A DNA stretch of 64,000 bases from Felis catus (lineage: Eukaryota), in assembly GCF_018350175.1 (NCBI RefSeq), contig NC_058368.1:38814001-38878000 (forward strand), read 5' to 3'. The stretch's first letter is position 1. Each line of letters starts with the position of its first letter. Shown here piece by piece: positions 24,466-37,249 of the stretch. A model generated the notes under the pieces. It searched no databases and was not told the origin of the DNA. It saw nothing but the letters and a program-made list of their open reading frames with translations. The position numbers and the translations under genes were made by a program.

Positions 24466-25729
24466 CCCTAATTCAACTGTCTGCAGACATTTTTTATGCA
24501 TAAATTATGTAATATGATTTTGACAAAATAAGACACATACCATTTTTTTCAGAAAGCGGACATACTATTAGCATGAGATTATTTTGTGAACTGTGACATA
24601 ATTTGTATTACATAGGTAAACATCAATGGAAACCTGAATTTTTATGGCTGCAACAGATGTATAACACATGAAAAGAATAAGATACAGAAAAGTGACAGTA
24701 ACGTCAAAAGATACTAATGAAATCAGGATATAACAAGCAAATGACAAGATAAACAACTATACATTTGAAAGGATGTGTGAATGATACTTACAAAAGCTAT
24801 TATTTCAAATTTTGTATGCTGCATTTTTCATGACCATCAGCTCTTTCAAATTCCAAACAACTTACCAAAATATAAGAGGGAGCAAGTGTTTATTACCTTG
24901 TTAGTTGATCTGTTCTTGTGTTCTCATGTCGAACTATTTTGTGAATTATTATTTAATAAGAAGCAAATAATTATATCAGGTAGCACATATGTATCCATTT
25001 TGAACATGTTCAACTCCTTACATATTTTTCAAGCAACCACTTTGCTTTAAAACAACACATGAACTTGTGGGAAAATGTTTCCATATATCTTCAAATATCT
25101 AGAAATTTTGAGTTACCAACAGAATGAAATACCATCCTGAGCATGTTGCATAAAGGATATTTATCATTTTGACCTAGATATTTGTGAATTCAAAATCCAG
25201 TTTTCAAGAAAATGGATTTGATTTGTAGTTACTTTCTTTGATTCTTATTAATATTGGAAACAGTTTCCATATAACAAAAAGTTACACCCTTACTAGAAAA
25301 AGGTCTTTTGAAAGCTACAGTCCATTATGTATAGATGGGAATAAATAAATGTTTGCTACTAAATAGTATATAATAATAAACCCTTATATGCTTGTAGATG
25401 TAACTAGAAACTAATCCTAATATATGAGTATGCATTCTCATATTTGAAATTATAGCCTACCAGCTTCTTAATGTCATAAATAATTTGATTCCTCCTATCT
25501 TATGCTTAAAGTGATTCTACTTTTTTTATGATGCTATTTCAGAGATTATTGTTTCCAAGATCTAGGTCCACAGATTTTTTTAAATTTCATAAATAATAAA
25601 AAATAAATAAATTTATCTAAATGTGAAATAAGAATAATAATAATTACCAGTAGGATTATTGTAGCCTCTTCCTCTTACTTACTAAGAAATGATGCAGGGA
25701 ATATACAGGATGTACCTGTAGGGTCTTAT

Positions 25730-26640
25730 AATGTCAAAAATTAAGTAAATATCATTTAAAAAACGTAGCCCACCCCCACCCCACACACATACACATGATA
25801 TGATCTGTCAAAGTGATACAGGATCCAACTGAAAAAGCACCCTATCCAAAGCCACAACAATTTAAGAAACAAAATAGTATTGGATTGTAACCCAGGTATA
25901 AAATAAATATCCATGAGTCCATACTGATATAAAGAAGCAAGCAAGCAAACAAACAAATAAATGGAGAAGGGAAAAATCCTTAATCATTTGTAGAGATACT
26001 GTGCTCTTAAGGAAGTGGAGCATAACTCCTTACTCTTCAAATGTTGATTGAGCATAGTGATTTCCCACCAAAGAGTAGAATATGGAAAAGTGGTGGAAAA
26101 GAGTGACTTCATAATAGAGAAACCTGACAAACCATACTTCAGCTAGGTGATTGATGTCACTGTTAGCAGTAATAAGACGTGTTGATAGCATTTAAATTTG
26201 ATATGATGTCATGAAAAATGGCACTTACTTCCATGGTACTTTACCTCCCATAAGTTCAGACCCCCAGTCTAACCACTAGAACAGTGTATTAGAAAAATCT
26301 CAATGAGGGACACTGTACCTGACTAGTACTCCTCACATCTGTCAGTCATTAAAAACAAAGAAAATATGACAAATTCACAGACCAAAGGAGCCTAAGGAGA
26401 CATGACAGTTAAATGTAAGGCCACGTCCTATAAAGATTTTGGAACAGAAAATGGACATTAGGTAAAAGTGAAGAAAATCTAAATAAAGAATAGACTTTAC
26501 CATAATGATCAATGGCTGAGTAATTGTACAAAATATATTATTGTAAAATGTTAATCCTAGGGGAAACTCTGTACAGGCACATGGAAAGTTTCTGTATTAT
26601 ATTTTTAATTTTTCTGTAAATCCAGAAGTATTTTTTATGA
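25730..26640 (+). mobile_element. L1MC-type long 3' UTR fragment
   Basis: 'aaggaagtggagcataactcc', 'gagaaacctgacaaac', 'ggagcctaaggagacatgaca', 'ggaacagaaaatggacattagg'. Confidence 0.75.
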
Positions 26641-27324
26641 CTCATTAATGAATAATTTATTTGAGTGATATAAGGAAGCTCATAAATCACGCAAGACTCC
26701 AAAGAACTAGGCTGGAAAACATGAAAGGAAAATAGCAACTCTAGGCACCTAACCAGCAAAAACTACTCAAATAGCTGGTATGGTCACTATCACTGGAGTA
26801 ATCATGGGGTTATATTGTCGTGGTGCTTGTTGTGTTTTTGTTTAATGTTTCAGATTCTTACTTTTTTTCCACCAATTGGATCTATACTCTGAGCCACACA
26901 CAGGTTTTGAGAATATGTTTTGGGGTGTTACTTTGGTCGGCCTTTGCCATGATTAGTTTGTTGCAATGAGCATTCCAAAATCTTGGTGGCCTTCAGAAGC
27001 AAGCCTTTATTTCTCATTCATGGGTTTGAAGTCTGACCATACAAAGTCCAGAAGCATTTTTAAAAATTAGTTTTTTTTTAAAGGACATGTTTTAGAAAAT
27101 GCTGGGTGACATTGCCCAAATTAAGTTAAAGAACTTGATATTTTTTTTTCTATTCTCCTTTCTGCTGTACAGATATAAAATGCTGCTTTTTGTGAGATCC
27201 TGCTCTTAAAGAAACAGCATTTAAAAAGTAGTATGACTTAAAAATATTATTTTAAACTTGCATTAAGGGGTTCAATTAATCTATTATCCGAGGAAGGAAC
27301 TCCATTGATTTACTTTTCTCATCT

Positions 27325-27445
27325 AGACAAGGCACTTCATCTTTCTGAGCATTAAATTTCTCATGGGTAAAATTAAGATATTAATTGCTTTACCCTAAGG
27401 TTGTTGAGAAATCTAATGATACAATGGATATTAAAAGTCTTTTAG
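27325..27445 (+). mobile_element. MIR fragment
   Basis: 'gacaaggcacttcatctttctgagcattaaatttctcatgggtaaaat...ggttgttgagaa' MIR core. Confidence 0.55.
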
Positions 27446-27779
27446 GAAATTATAATGTTCTATACAATCTGTGTATATAATATCGCCCTTTAGATTCTTA
27501 ACACTGATATATATACTTACTATTTATTACTATTATGAATATTACTAAATGTTTATGTTTATGAATATAATAAATGAATTTAATATTTAGTAGAGAAATC
27601 TCAATTGTCAAACAATTCGTAATGTGTTAACAAAGAAATTCCACTATAAGAACACTGACTTTGATAGCCTTCTAGTTTTCCCTGAATCTAAGTTTTCTTG
27701 TATGTGTTTATCTCTCAAATGTTAAATAAAAGGAATCCCTGAGAGTCTGTCTTCCTTGTCTTGATATTAGCTCATCTCA

Positions 27780-28044
27780 TACATATCTATGGATTTGTAA
27801 AAATTTATCATTGGATTACTCCTAATATAATAGGTTCTTCCTATTTATCCAACTCTGCACATACTTTGACTGCTTAAATATCTACCAGGCATCCCAACTT
27901 AGTAATTTCAAAATAAAGCTCTTATTTCTCTCTCTAATCTTTTTCCTAATTTATGCATTCTCAGATCAATAAACGGCATGAAAAGTCACGTATTTACTCC
28001 ACTCAAAATCTAGGAATTATTCTTTTTTTTTAATGTTTATTTTT

Positions 28045-28082
<38 letters not shown>

Positions 28083-28830
28083 GAGAGAGCAAGCAGGGGA
28101 GGGGCAGAGAGAGAGGGAGACACAGAATTCAAAGGAGGCTCCAGGCTCTGAGCTGCCAGCACAGAGCCCAATGTAGGGCTCGAACTCACAAACTGCGAGA
28201 TCCTGACCTGAACCGAAGTCACATGCTAAACCTACTGAGCCACCTAGAGAATTATTCTTGATTCCTCTTTTTCCTTTTAATCCATGTCCAAATGTCAGTA
28301 ATACCTGTTAGCTTTACCTTCAAAAAGTTCCAAATGTGACCACTTTTCAACAGCTCCACTTTAACACCATACTCCAAACTCATCATCTTGTGTCATTTAC
28401 ACTCTCCTTGATTACTCTCTTTATTCTTCATACCCTATTCACTCACCCACAGCCTGTGCAATCATATCTCATTCCTTCCTCAACACCATCAAAGCTTTTT
28501 CAAAATAAAACTCAAACTCTTTCTTATGATCTATAACTTCTTATATGATTGAACACTATTGATCTTTATTTTTCCTTTCTAATGAAACTATTCCTTTCAC
28601 ACCCTCTTTTTCAGATACATTCACTCTCTTGCTGAACTCAGAAAATGCCAGATTCATTTCTGCCTCAGAGCCTTTGCCTTTGTGTGTATTGTACTCTCTT
28701 GTAGATTCATCTTCCCAAAATATGTCATGACTCTTTTTCTCATTTTAACGAAGTCTTTTCAGAGAGGCTTCCCAGTTCATCTTATATAACATAACACCCC
28801 ATCTATACAATGTCACTTTCTTCCCTTTTT
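27780..28830 (+). mobile_element. L2 fragment split by a SINE
   Basis: 'caggcatcccaactt', 'ctgcctcagagcctttgcc', 'tcagagaggcttccc' L2 3' motifs. Confidence 0.65.
28023..28248 (-). mobile_element. CanSINE
   Basis: Reverse SINE; TSD gaattattctt on both sides. Confidence 0.95.
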
Positions 28831-29089
28831 TTCCTCTCTATTATGAAGATAAAGGGGACAAATTCGTGTGTTAGGTAAAAAGAAGCTCCATAAAATTTGC
28901 ATACAAGAAGATTAAATGGAGAAGCACACACAGCCCAAACAAATGACAACACTCCTTAGTGTCATAACCCAATATATCTTTTAAATATTATGCACATATA
29001 TAATATTATAACACTAAAGGATTTTAAAACATTTATGTAGAACAAATATGCAGAGCTGGGTTGAGAACATGAACAAATTCCAAGAGTTT

Positions 29090-30620
29090 GTATTTTTTCT
29101 TATCAGTGTCACTGAGGCAGAATTTGCACAAATAAGTTACATTTTATTTTATTTTATTTTATTTTATTTTATTTTATTAATGTTTATTTATTTTTGAGAG
29201 GGGAAGATAGGCAGAGCGGGAGGGGGGGGGAACAGAAAGAAGGAGAAACAGAACCCGAAGGTGGCTCCAGGCTTCCAGCTGTCAGCACAGAGCCTGACAC
29301 AGGGCTCGAACTCACAAACCGTGAGATCATGACCTGAGCCGAAGTCAGACACTTAACTGACTGAGCTACCCAGGTGCCCCTAAGCTACATTTTATAAAAG
29401 TATACAGTTTAGTAAGTCTGTATGTTGTGTACACTGAGGAAATCACCACCGCCATTACAATGCAAAACATTTCCATCATCCTAAAAATAGTCCTCACATT
29501 CCGTGTATCTGTCTGTCCCTCTGCTTATAGTTTTAAGCAACCACTAAACTACAGTTCAGTTTGCATTTCATAAAATGAATTGAATCATTTCATATGTATG
29601 TATTGCTATCAACGTTGTCATTGACCATAGTGAATTTGAGATTTATTTATGCTATTATGTATATTAGTAGTTCATTTCTACCTATTGCTAAATAGCATTC
29701 CATTATATGGACATTATATGGACACATACTATTTATCCCTCTACCTGTTGATAGACATTTGGGTCATTTTCAGGTTTTGATTTTTGTAAATAAAACTGTT
29801 ACGAATACTTGAATCCAGATTTTTGAGTGGATATTTCCCTTATTAATATCAGAGTGAAATGGCAGAACTGACAAACAGTTTTACAAAGTTATACTACTCA
29901 TATCCCCATTAGTACCAGTTGCTCTGTAGCTGAACCGTCCTCAATAATGGCAGGCTTTTTTGTTTTAATCATTCCAGTGGATGTGTCATATCTCATGGTT
30001 ACTTTAATTTGCATTTCCCTGAAACCTAGCCAGGTTGACACCTTATTTGTTTGTTTATTGGCTATTTGTTGTTTTCTCAAAATGTTTTAGCAATTTTTAT
30101 TGTTATTTGTATTCTTATTATTAAATTGTAAAACTTCATTGTGTATTGGACATTGTAGCCCATGATCAGATATGTGTATTGTTGATGTATCTCTTACTGT
30201 TACTCTTCTTCTTTAATGGTATCATTTAAAGAACAAGTGTTTTTTAATTTTTATAAGGACATAATTTTGTTCTGATCTAAAAAATATTTTTGTACCCTAA
30301 GGTTCACAGATATTCTCTTTTAAGATTTCTTCTGCAAGTTTTATGTTTTAATATTGAGTCTGTGATCCATTTCATTTTGTTTATGATGTGTGACAAATAT
30401 TCATATTTCCCTCTTTTTCCCACAGAGTCATCCGGTTTTTAGAGCACTGTTTGTTTAAAAGATTTTCCTTTCCCTTTTCTGTTGCTTTGGCCCTTTGTCA
30501 AAAATCAATTGATCATAAATGTCCAATTCTGTTACTGGGCACTTTATCTTGTTTCATCCATTTAAATGTCAATCATTTTACCATTCTCACTGTCCTAATT
30601 ACTGTATAATTAGTTTTAGT
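29090..30620 (-). mobile_element. Old L1 (L1ME-type) 3' region
   Basis: Minus ORF 29898-30080 contains FREMQIKVTMRY (ORF2 C-terminal motif); 3' UTR motifs 'aacatttccatcatcc', 'agacatttgggt'. Confidence 0.75.
29147..29380 (-). mobile_element. CanSINE with (ATTTT)n tail
   Basis: Reverse SINE; TSD taagttacatttta / taagctacatttta. Confidence 0.95.
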
Positions 30621-30879
30621 AAGCCCAGAAATCATGCAGTACTAGTCTTCATTTGTCATATGAATCCCCGTTTAGAATTTCACTTTCTTCATAATACTTG
30701 ATTGCCAAGATGGATAAAAGCATGGAGTCTGGTGCCTGTTCTTGATCAGTTTTATCATTGTAGATATTTTTTTTTCTTTTTCTAAGTTTCCTTTTATGCA
30801 GTCTGTAGGTAAAAACAGTTCTTACTCATTTGCATAAATGGGTGCCCTATGTTAATATACCTTTGCTAGTCTAGTCTCT

Positions 30880-31318
30880 TTTTTTCAAGCCTCATTATTG
30901 AAGTATGATTGACATATAAAAAGCTGTGCACATTTGATGTATACAACTTGATGAATTTGATATAGATATGCATCATGAGACCATCACCACAATTTATACT
31001 ATGATAAATCTATTATTATTAGATTTACCATTAACATTTATGTATTTAACATTAAGATCTAACCTAATAGCAAATTTTAAAATATGCAAGTATATTGTTA
31101 ATTATTGGCACCATGCTCTACAATAGAATTCCAGGACTTACTCATCTTGCAAAACTGAAACTTAGCACACTCTGAATAATGCCTCCCCATTTATTCCTAC
31201 TGCAGCCCCTGGAAAACCCATTCTCTTCTCTGCCTCTATGCATATGACTGTTTTAGATTCCTCATATATTTGATATCACATAGTATTTGTTCTTTTGTAT
31301 GTGGCTTAGTCTAATCTT
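30880..31318 (-). mobile_element. L1 3' UTR (L1MA/MB-type), same family as 3580-4212
   Basis: Shares 'aagctgt..acattt..tgt.tacaactt.atga.tttga' and 'catcttgca.aactgaaac' with 3580-4000. Confidence 0.8.
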
Positions 31319-31530
31319 AAAATTTTTCTTAACATTTATTCATTTTCGAGAGACAGAGAGAAAGTGCAAGCAGGGGAAGGGCAGAGAGAGAGAGAAAGAC
31401 AGAGATTCTGAAGCAGGCTCCAGGCTCTGAGCTGTCAACACAGAGCTCTACGTGGGGCTCAAACCCACAAATGGTGAAGATGACCTGAGCCAAAGTTGGA
31501 CGCCTAACCGATTTAGCCACCCAGGCATCC
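31319..31530 (-). mobile_element. CanSINE
   Basis: Reverse SINE; TSD tggcttagtctaatctt / tggcttagtttagtctt. Confidence 0.95.
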
Positions 31531-31584
31531 TGGCTTAGTTTAGTCTTGAGTAGAGCAATGACCTGACCATACATCAGCATTCTT

Positions 31585-31807
31585 TTTTTAAAAATTTTTT
31601 TTCAACATTTTTATTTATTTTTGGGACAGAGAGAGACAGAGCATGAACGGGGGAGGGGCAGAGAGAGAGGGAGACACAGAATCGGAAACAGGCTCCAGGC
31701 TCTGAGCCATCAGCCCAGAGCCCGACGCGGGGCTCGAACTCACGGACCGCGAGATCGTGACCTGGCTGAAGTCGGACGCTTAACCGACTGCGCCACCCAG
31801 GCGCCCC
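31585..31807 (-). mobile_element. Very young felid CanSINE (SINEC_Fc type)
   Basis: CpGs intact (ggcgcagtcggttaagcgtccgacttcagccaggtcacgatctcgcggtccgtg); perfect 13-bp TSD catcagcattctt (31572-31584, 31808-31820). Confidence 0.97.
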
Positions 31808-31919
31808 CATCAGCATTCTTAACTATATTCCATTATTCTCTGGAATGACTGGAATTGTCCTCTGATGTGCAGCCCTGTCAGTAAACCAGTTCTCTTTATT
31901 AAATGGTAAATTATATAAT

Positions 31920-32125
31920 CAAGAATCTGGTAAATTATGGTCCACAGACCTAATATAGTCAGTCCTCTGCATGGTTTTTAAAATAATGTCCCCATTTATT
32001 TATGAATTTTCTGTGGCTGCTTTCATGCTACAGTAATAGAGTTGAGTTGCTGTGAGAGACGTCCTAGGCCCTGAAAAGCCTAAAATGTTTATTATCTCCA
32101 CAGGAAAAAGAAATTGCATCCCCAG
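31920..32125 (-). mobile_element. MER58A-type hAT-Charlie element
   Basis: 'tggctgctttcatgctaca', 'agagttgagttgctgtgagagac', 'aaagcctaaaatgtttattatct'. Confidence 0.75.
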
Positions 32126-33129
32126 AATGAAGAATCAGGGAGAGGGATCTCTGTATTTAAGGAATGAGTCTGCTCTTGTAGCTAGCTGAGACTTCAGAGG
32201 CCGGGCTAGACTTGTGATTGGATATATTGCTTCATTTTACAGTAGAGCTTTCTGGAACTTATCCCATCTTGTGAGATTATAGTTCAGGGAGAACCTGTTA
32301 CAATATAGGGATTTCTTGTCAAGTAATTCATTTTCACTAGACCCCTATAACAAAACAGTAGTTTTATTTCAAAATACATATATATTTTTTCAATGGCTGG
32401 AGGAAAACATGGTTCAGAAACCAAATGTCCAGAGAATTCTGAGAGAGTTTATTGCTAGGGACTCCAACAGATGTTAAAATCAGTCACAGACACTTGTAGT
32501 TCCAAAAGATATGAAGAAAATAGGGACAGAAAGGTATGGCCTGCTTTGTGGCTAATCGCAGGCTTCCTGTCGTGAAGACCACTGCTCACTTTCAGTACAT
32601 AGCTTGCCTGGTAAGCTGCCATAAGGCCTTTCATAAATATCTGTATTGAGGTGTAGTCTTTTGAGTATCAAGGAAACTTATCAAGTTATGTGAAAAATCA
32701 GGATACGCTTACCAACATCTCAAAAATAATATGTTGGCTTCGTGAAAACCTTAGGAATAGAGTCCCTGAATAGAGCTGAGAGCTGACAAAGGAGAATAGC
32801 AATGTTCATAAAATATCCATGATCATTTAAAAATAATGTGTCCTCAGATCTTGTTTGTATGTTTCTTAGGTTATATTAGTTAGGTTGTTAATGTCTAAAA
32901 ACCTTGTCTCTTTCACTTACTAATTTGTGAAGTATGTCATTAATGTAAGTTATTTAGATGATATATTTGTCAGTTTCTCCTTTTAGTATTATTGTTCTTT
33001 GACCTTTATGAGTTTCAGTCTATCATTTTGATGAATATAAAAATTGGTATATCACTCTGACAAAAAGTGAACTTGACAATAGTCATTTTTTAACTCTCGT
33101 AAACGTTTTGCCATAAATTCTATTGTGTA

Positions 33130-33759
33130 TGTTGTCAGTTATCAATTCATTGTCTCTCAAATATGAATTAATCCTTCAGTATATGTCCATCCTATGATTA
33201 AAAAAATTCCTTCAAACACTCTCATTTAAAGTGAGTACAATGATAAAATGTTCTTGAAATAGGGCTTTTGGTATGGGATGGGTTCAATGTTGTAGATGTG
33301 AGAACATCCAGTGAAGCCTGATCATCCCACAGACCTAGAATGTGTTGCCTTGGTAAACTTGGAGCCAGCATCAGCCTACCAATTAGCTTTCCTCTTCCCT
33401 CCTGACATGGAACCATAAGCACTTAGCAAGTTGTCTAGTTTCCCTCAGCAAGCTCTCACATGACTTAAACTCAAGAAGATTGACTGTTGTTTGCCCAATA
33501 GCTTCAGACCAGCTATGGACTAACCTAACCAGCAAAATCCTCTTCTGTCCAATGACCAAACCATAACTTCTCCAGTGAGTGAGGAGTCTCTTCTAAGTTT
33601 GTCTTTCCTTGGGTCCTTTCCTTTAGCATAGGGATGGTATGTAGAGTTTCCTTGGATCTTATAGTTATTTTTTACCATGGCTAATATTTATCTATATTAA
33701 ACTTTACCATTTAAATTACTGTGTGGCTTCTGTCTCCTGACTGGACTCATATTTCTACA
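33130..33759 (+). mobile_element. ERVL provirus 5' LTR (LTR50-like)
   Basis: Starts tgttgtcagttatcaattcattgtctctca, ends ctgtctcctgactggactcatatttctaca; homologous to 42758-43502; followed by degenerate ERVL PBS gaatttgtatccagagtag. Confidence 0.85.
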
Positions 33760-36700
33760 GAATTTGTATCCAGAGTAGTCCCAAAAGAAGAACCCTAAAG
33801 ATGGGATTCAGAGTTGGTTTTGTTTTTACCTTTGGTTTGCCTGTATGTTGAGTCCCTTGCCAATTAGAAATGATACCTTAGTAAACCATGATGTGTAGTA
33901 GAACCATAATAAGGTTATCACCTCTGGTTGATTTTGATAAAGTGACAGTTGAAGCACAAGCTCTTGGAGCTCAAGTGGCTGCTGAACTTGACCATTATGT
34001 CAGTAATTATGACTCTAAATACCCCAGTGTGGCTTGTATTGTTTGAGTGCATGAGTGCTTACAGAGAAAAATGACAAGCTCAGGTCCATTAACCCTTACC
34101 TCAAGTCATAGTCTGAGAATCAGATAGCTTTCATAACAGCCCTAAAAGAGTCTCTTATTTCTTGTATCTGCAGGTTTGATATTACTGAAAATAAAAACAA
34201 TATTTAGTTGTATGAGTGCCGAATTACAATGATAATTGAAGTGTGTATCCCTGAGTTTTTCATGTGAAAGTTAAGGGATTAGTTGGGAAAAAAAGGTATC
34301 ATGAAATGTGAAGTGGGGACTTCTGGTACGATTCAAATGAATACTTGTTTTGTGGACTGACTGAAACTTTTCTACAGAGGGGCCTACATTTAATGAGATT
34401 GAGATGTCACAGTTTACCTGGTATCATCAGAAATCCAAAAGATTAGTATCAAAAAGTTGAGGCTAGGCATTATAGGGATCCCAGAAGGAGAAGAGAGAAA
34501 AAAGGGAGCAGACAACTTATTTGAGGAAAAAATAGCTGAAAACTTCCCAAATCTGGGGAAAGAAACAGAAATCCAAATCCAGGAGGCACATAGAGCCTCC
34601 AGTAAAATCAACTCAAGGAGGAACACACCAATACATATAGTAATTAAAATGGCAAAAAGTAGTGATAAAGAGAGAATTTTAAAAGCAGCAAGAAAAAAGA
34701 AAATAGTTATATACAAGGAAAATCTGATAGTAATATCAGCTGATTTTTGAGGAGAAATTTTGTGAGCCAGAAGGTAGTGAAATGGTATATTCAAAGTTCT
34801 GAAAGGGAAAAAAAATTGCAGCCAAGAATACTCTATCCAGCAAGGCTATCATTCAGAATAGAAGGAAAAATGAAGACTTTTCCAGACAAAGTTAAAGGAA
34901 TTCATGACCACTAAATCAGCCCTACAAGAAATGTTAAAGAGGATACTTTGAGTGGAAAGGAAAGAGCATTAATAAGGAGAAAGAAAAATAGGAAACACAA
35001 AAGCAGCAAAAATAAATATAGTTAATAATCAGTCAAGCAACTCACAAAATAAAAGGTTGTAAATTATGACAATGTCTACCTAAAATGTGCGATTGGGAGA
35101 GAGGAGTAAAAAATGGGTTCAAACTTAAGTGACCATCAACTTAGTATAGACTGTCATATGCAGAAGATGTATATACAAACACAACGGTCCAAAATCTTTG
35201 GAGTGCAGCAAAATCTATCCTAAGAGGGAAGTTTATAACAATATAGGCCTACATCAAGAAGCAAGAAAAATCTCAAATAAACAACCTAACCTTACATCTA
35301 AAGGACAAACAAAACTCAAAATCAGTAGAAGAAAAAAGGTAATAATTTTGGAGCAGAAATAAAATAGACTACAAAAAAACAGTAAAACAGATCAATGGAA
35401 CCAGGAGCTGGTTTTGAAAAGATCAACAAAATCCATAAGCCTTTATCAAGATTCATCAAAAAACAAAAAAGAGGGCTAAAACAAAAGTTAAAAAATGAAA
35501 AAGAAATAACAACTTACACCACAGAAAGATACAGGATTATAAGACATTATTAAAAACTATATGCCAATTAAGTGGACAATGTTGAAGAAATGGATACGTT
35601 CCTACAGATATGTAACCTCCGAAAAGTGAATCAGGAATAAATAGAAAATTTGAACAGAATGATTTCCAGCAAGGGAATTGAATCAATAATCAACAACTCC
35701 CAACAAACAAAAGTCCATGACCAGATGGCTTCACAGGTGAATTCTACCAAATATTTAAAGAAGAGTTAATATCTATTCTTCTCAAACTTTTCCAAAACTT
35801 AGAAGAGAAGGATAACTGCCAGATTCATTCTGTGAGGCCAGAAGAACCTTGATACCAAAACCAGATAAAAAACACTACAAAAGAGGAGAAGTACAGGCCA
35901 ATATCTCTGATGAACATAAATGCAAAAATCCTCAACAAAATATTAGCAAACTGAATCCAACAAAAGAATAAATACAATATAATACAATTAAAAAATCATT
36001 CAAGTGGGATTTATTCTTGAGATGCAAGGTCTTTCAATATTCACAAATCAATTAACATGATACATCACATCAACAAGAGAAAGGATAAAAACCATATGAC
36101 CATTTCAGTAGATGCAGAAAAATCATTTGACAAAGTACAACATTCGTTCATGATAAAATAAGTTTAGGGGAACATATGTCAACATAATAAAGTCCATATG
36201 TGAAAAACCCACAGTCAACATCATTCTCTATGGTGAAAATCTGACCTTCCTTCTAAGTTCAGGAATAAGACAATGATGTCCACTCTCTCACCATTTCCAT
36301 TCAATGTAATACTGAAAGTCCTATCCATAGCAATCTGACAAGAAAAAGGAATAAAAGGTATCCAAATTGGTAAAAAATAAGCAAAATTTTCAGTTTGCAG
36401 ATGACATGATGCTTTGTTATAGAAAACCTTAAAGACTCCACCAAAATATTAGTAGAACTAATAAATGAATTCTATAAAGTCACAGGATACAAAATCCATA
36501 TAAAGAAACTTGTCATGCATCTATATACTGATAATGAATCAGCAGAAAGAGAAATTGAGAAAAAATTCTCTTTTTACAATTGCACCAAAAGTAATAAAAT
36601 ATGTATAAATAAACTTAAGAGGTGAAAGACCTATACCTGAAATCTGTAACAAACTGATGATAGAAATTTAAGACAACACAAAGAAATGGAAAGACATTCC

Positions 36701-36797
36701 ATGCTCATGGATTGGAAGAACAAATATTGTTAAAATGTCGATCCTGCCCAAAGCAATCTACAGTTTTAATGCAATCCCTATCAAAATACTAATACTA

Positions 36798-37021
36798 GGG
36801 GCGCCTGGGTGGCGCAGCCGGTTAAGCGTCCGACTTCAGCCAGGTCACGATCTCGCGGTCGGTGAGTTTGAGCCCCGCGTCAGGCTCTGGGCTGATGGCT
36901 CGGAGCCTGGAGCCTGTTTCGATTCTGTGTCTCCCTCTCTCTCTGCCCCTCCCCCGTTCAGGCTCTGTCTCTCTCTGTCCCAAAAATAAATAAACGTTGA
37001 AATAAAAAAATTAAAAAAAAA
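36798..37021 (+). mobile_element. Young felid CanSINE (first unit of dimer)
   Basis: CpG-rich head ggggcgcctgggtggcgcagccggttaagcgtccg. Confidence 0.97.
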
Positions 37022-37030
37022 TCCATTACA

Positions 37031-37249
37031 GAGGCGCCTGGGTGGCTCAGTCGGTTAAGCATCCGACTTCGGCTCAGGTCATGATCTCACGGTTCGTGAG
37101 TTTAAGCCCCGCATCGAGCTCTGTGCTGACAGCTCAGAGCCTGGAGCCTGCTTCAGATTCTGTGTCTCCCTCTCTCTCTGCCCCTCCCCCATTCATGCTC
37201 TGTCTCTCTCTGTCCCAAAAATAAATAAATGTTGAAAAAAAAATTAAAA
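37031..37249 (+). mobile_element. CanSINE (second unit of dimer)
   Basis: gaggcgcctgggtggctcagtcgg head; the pair is flanked by TSD aaaatactaatacta. Confidence 0.97.
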
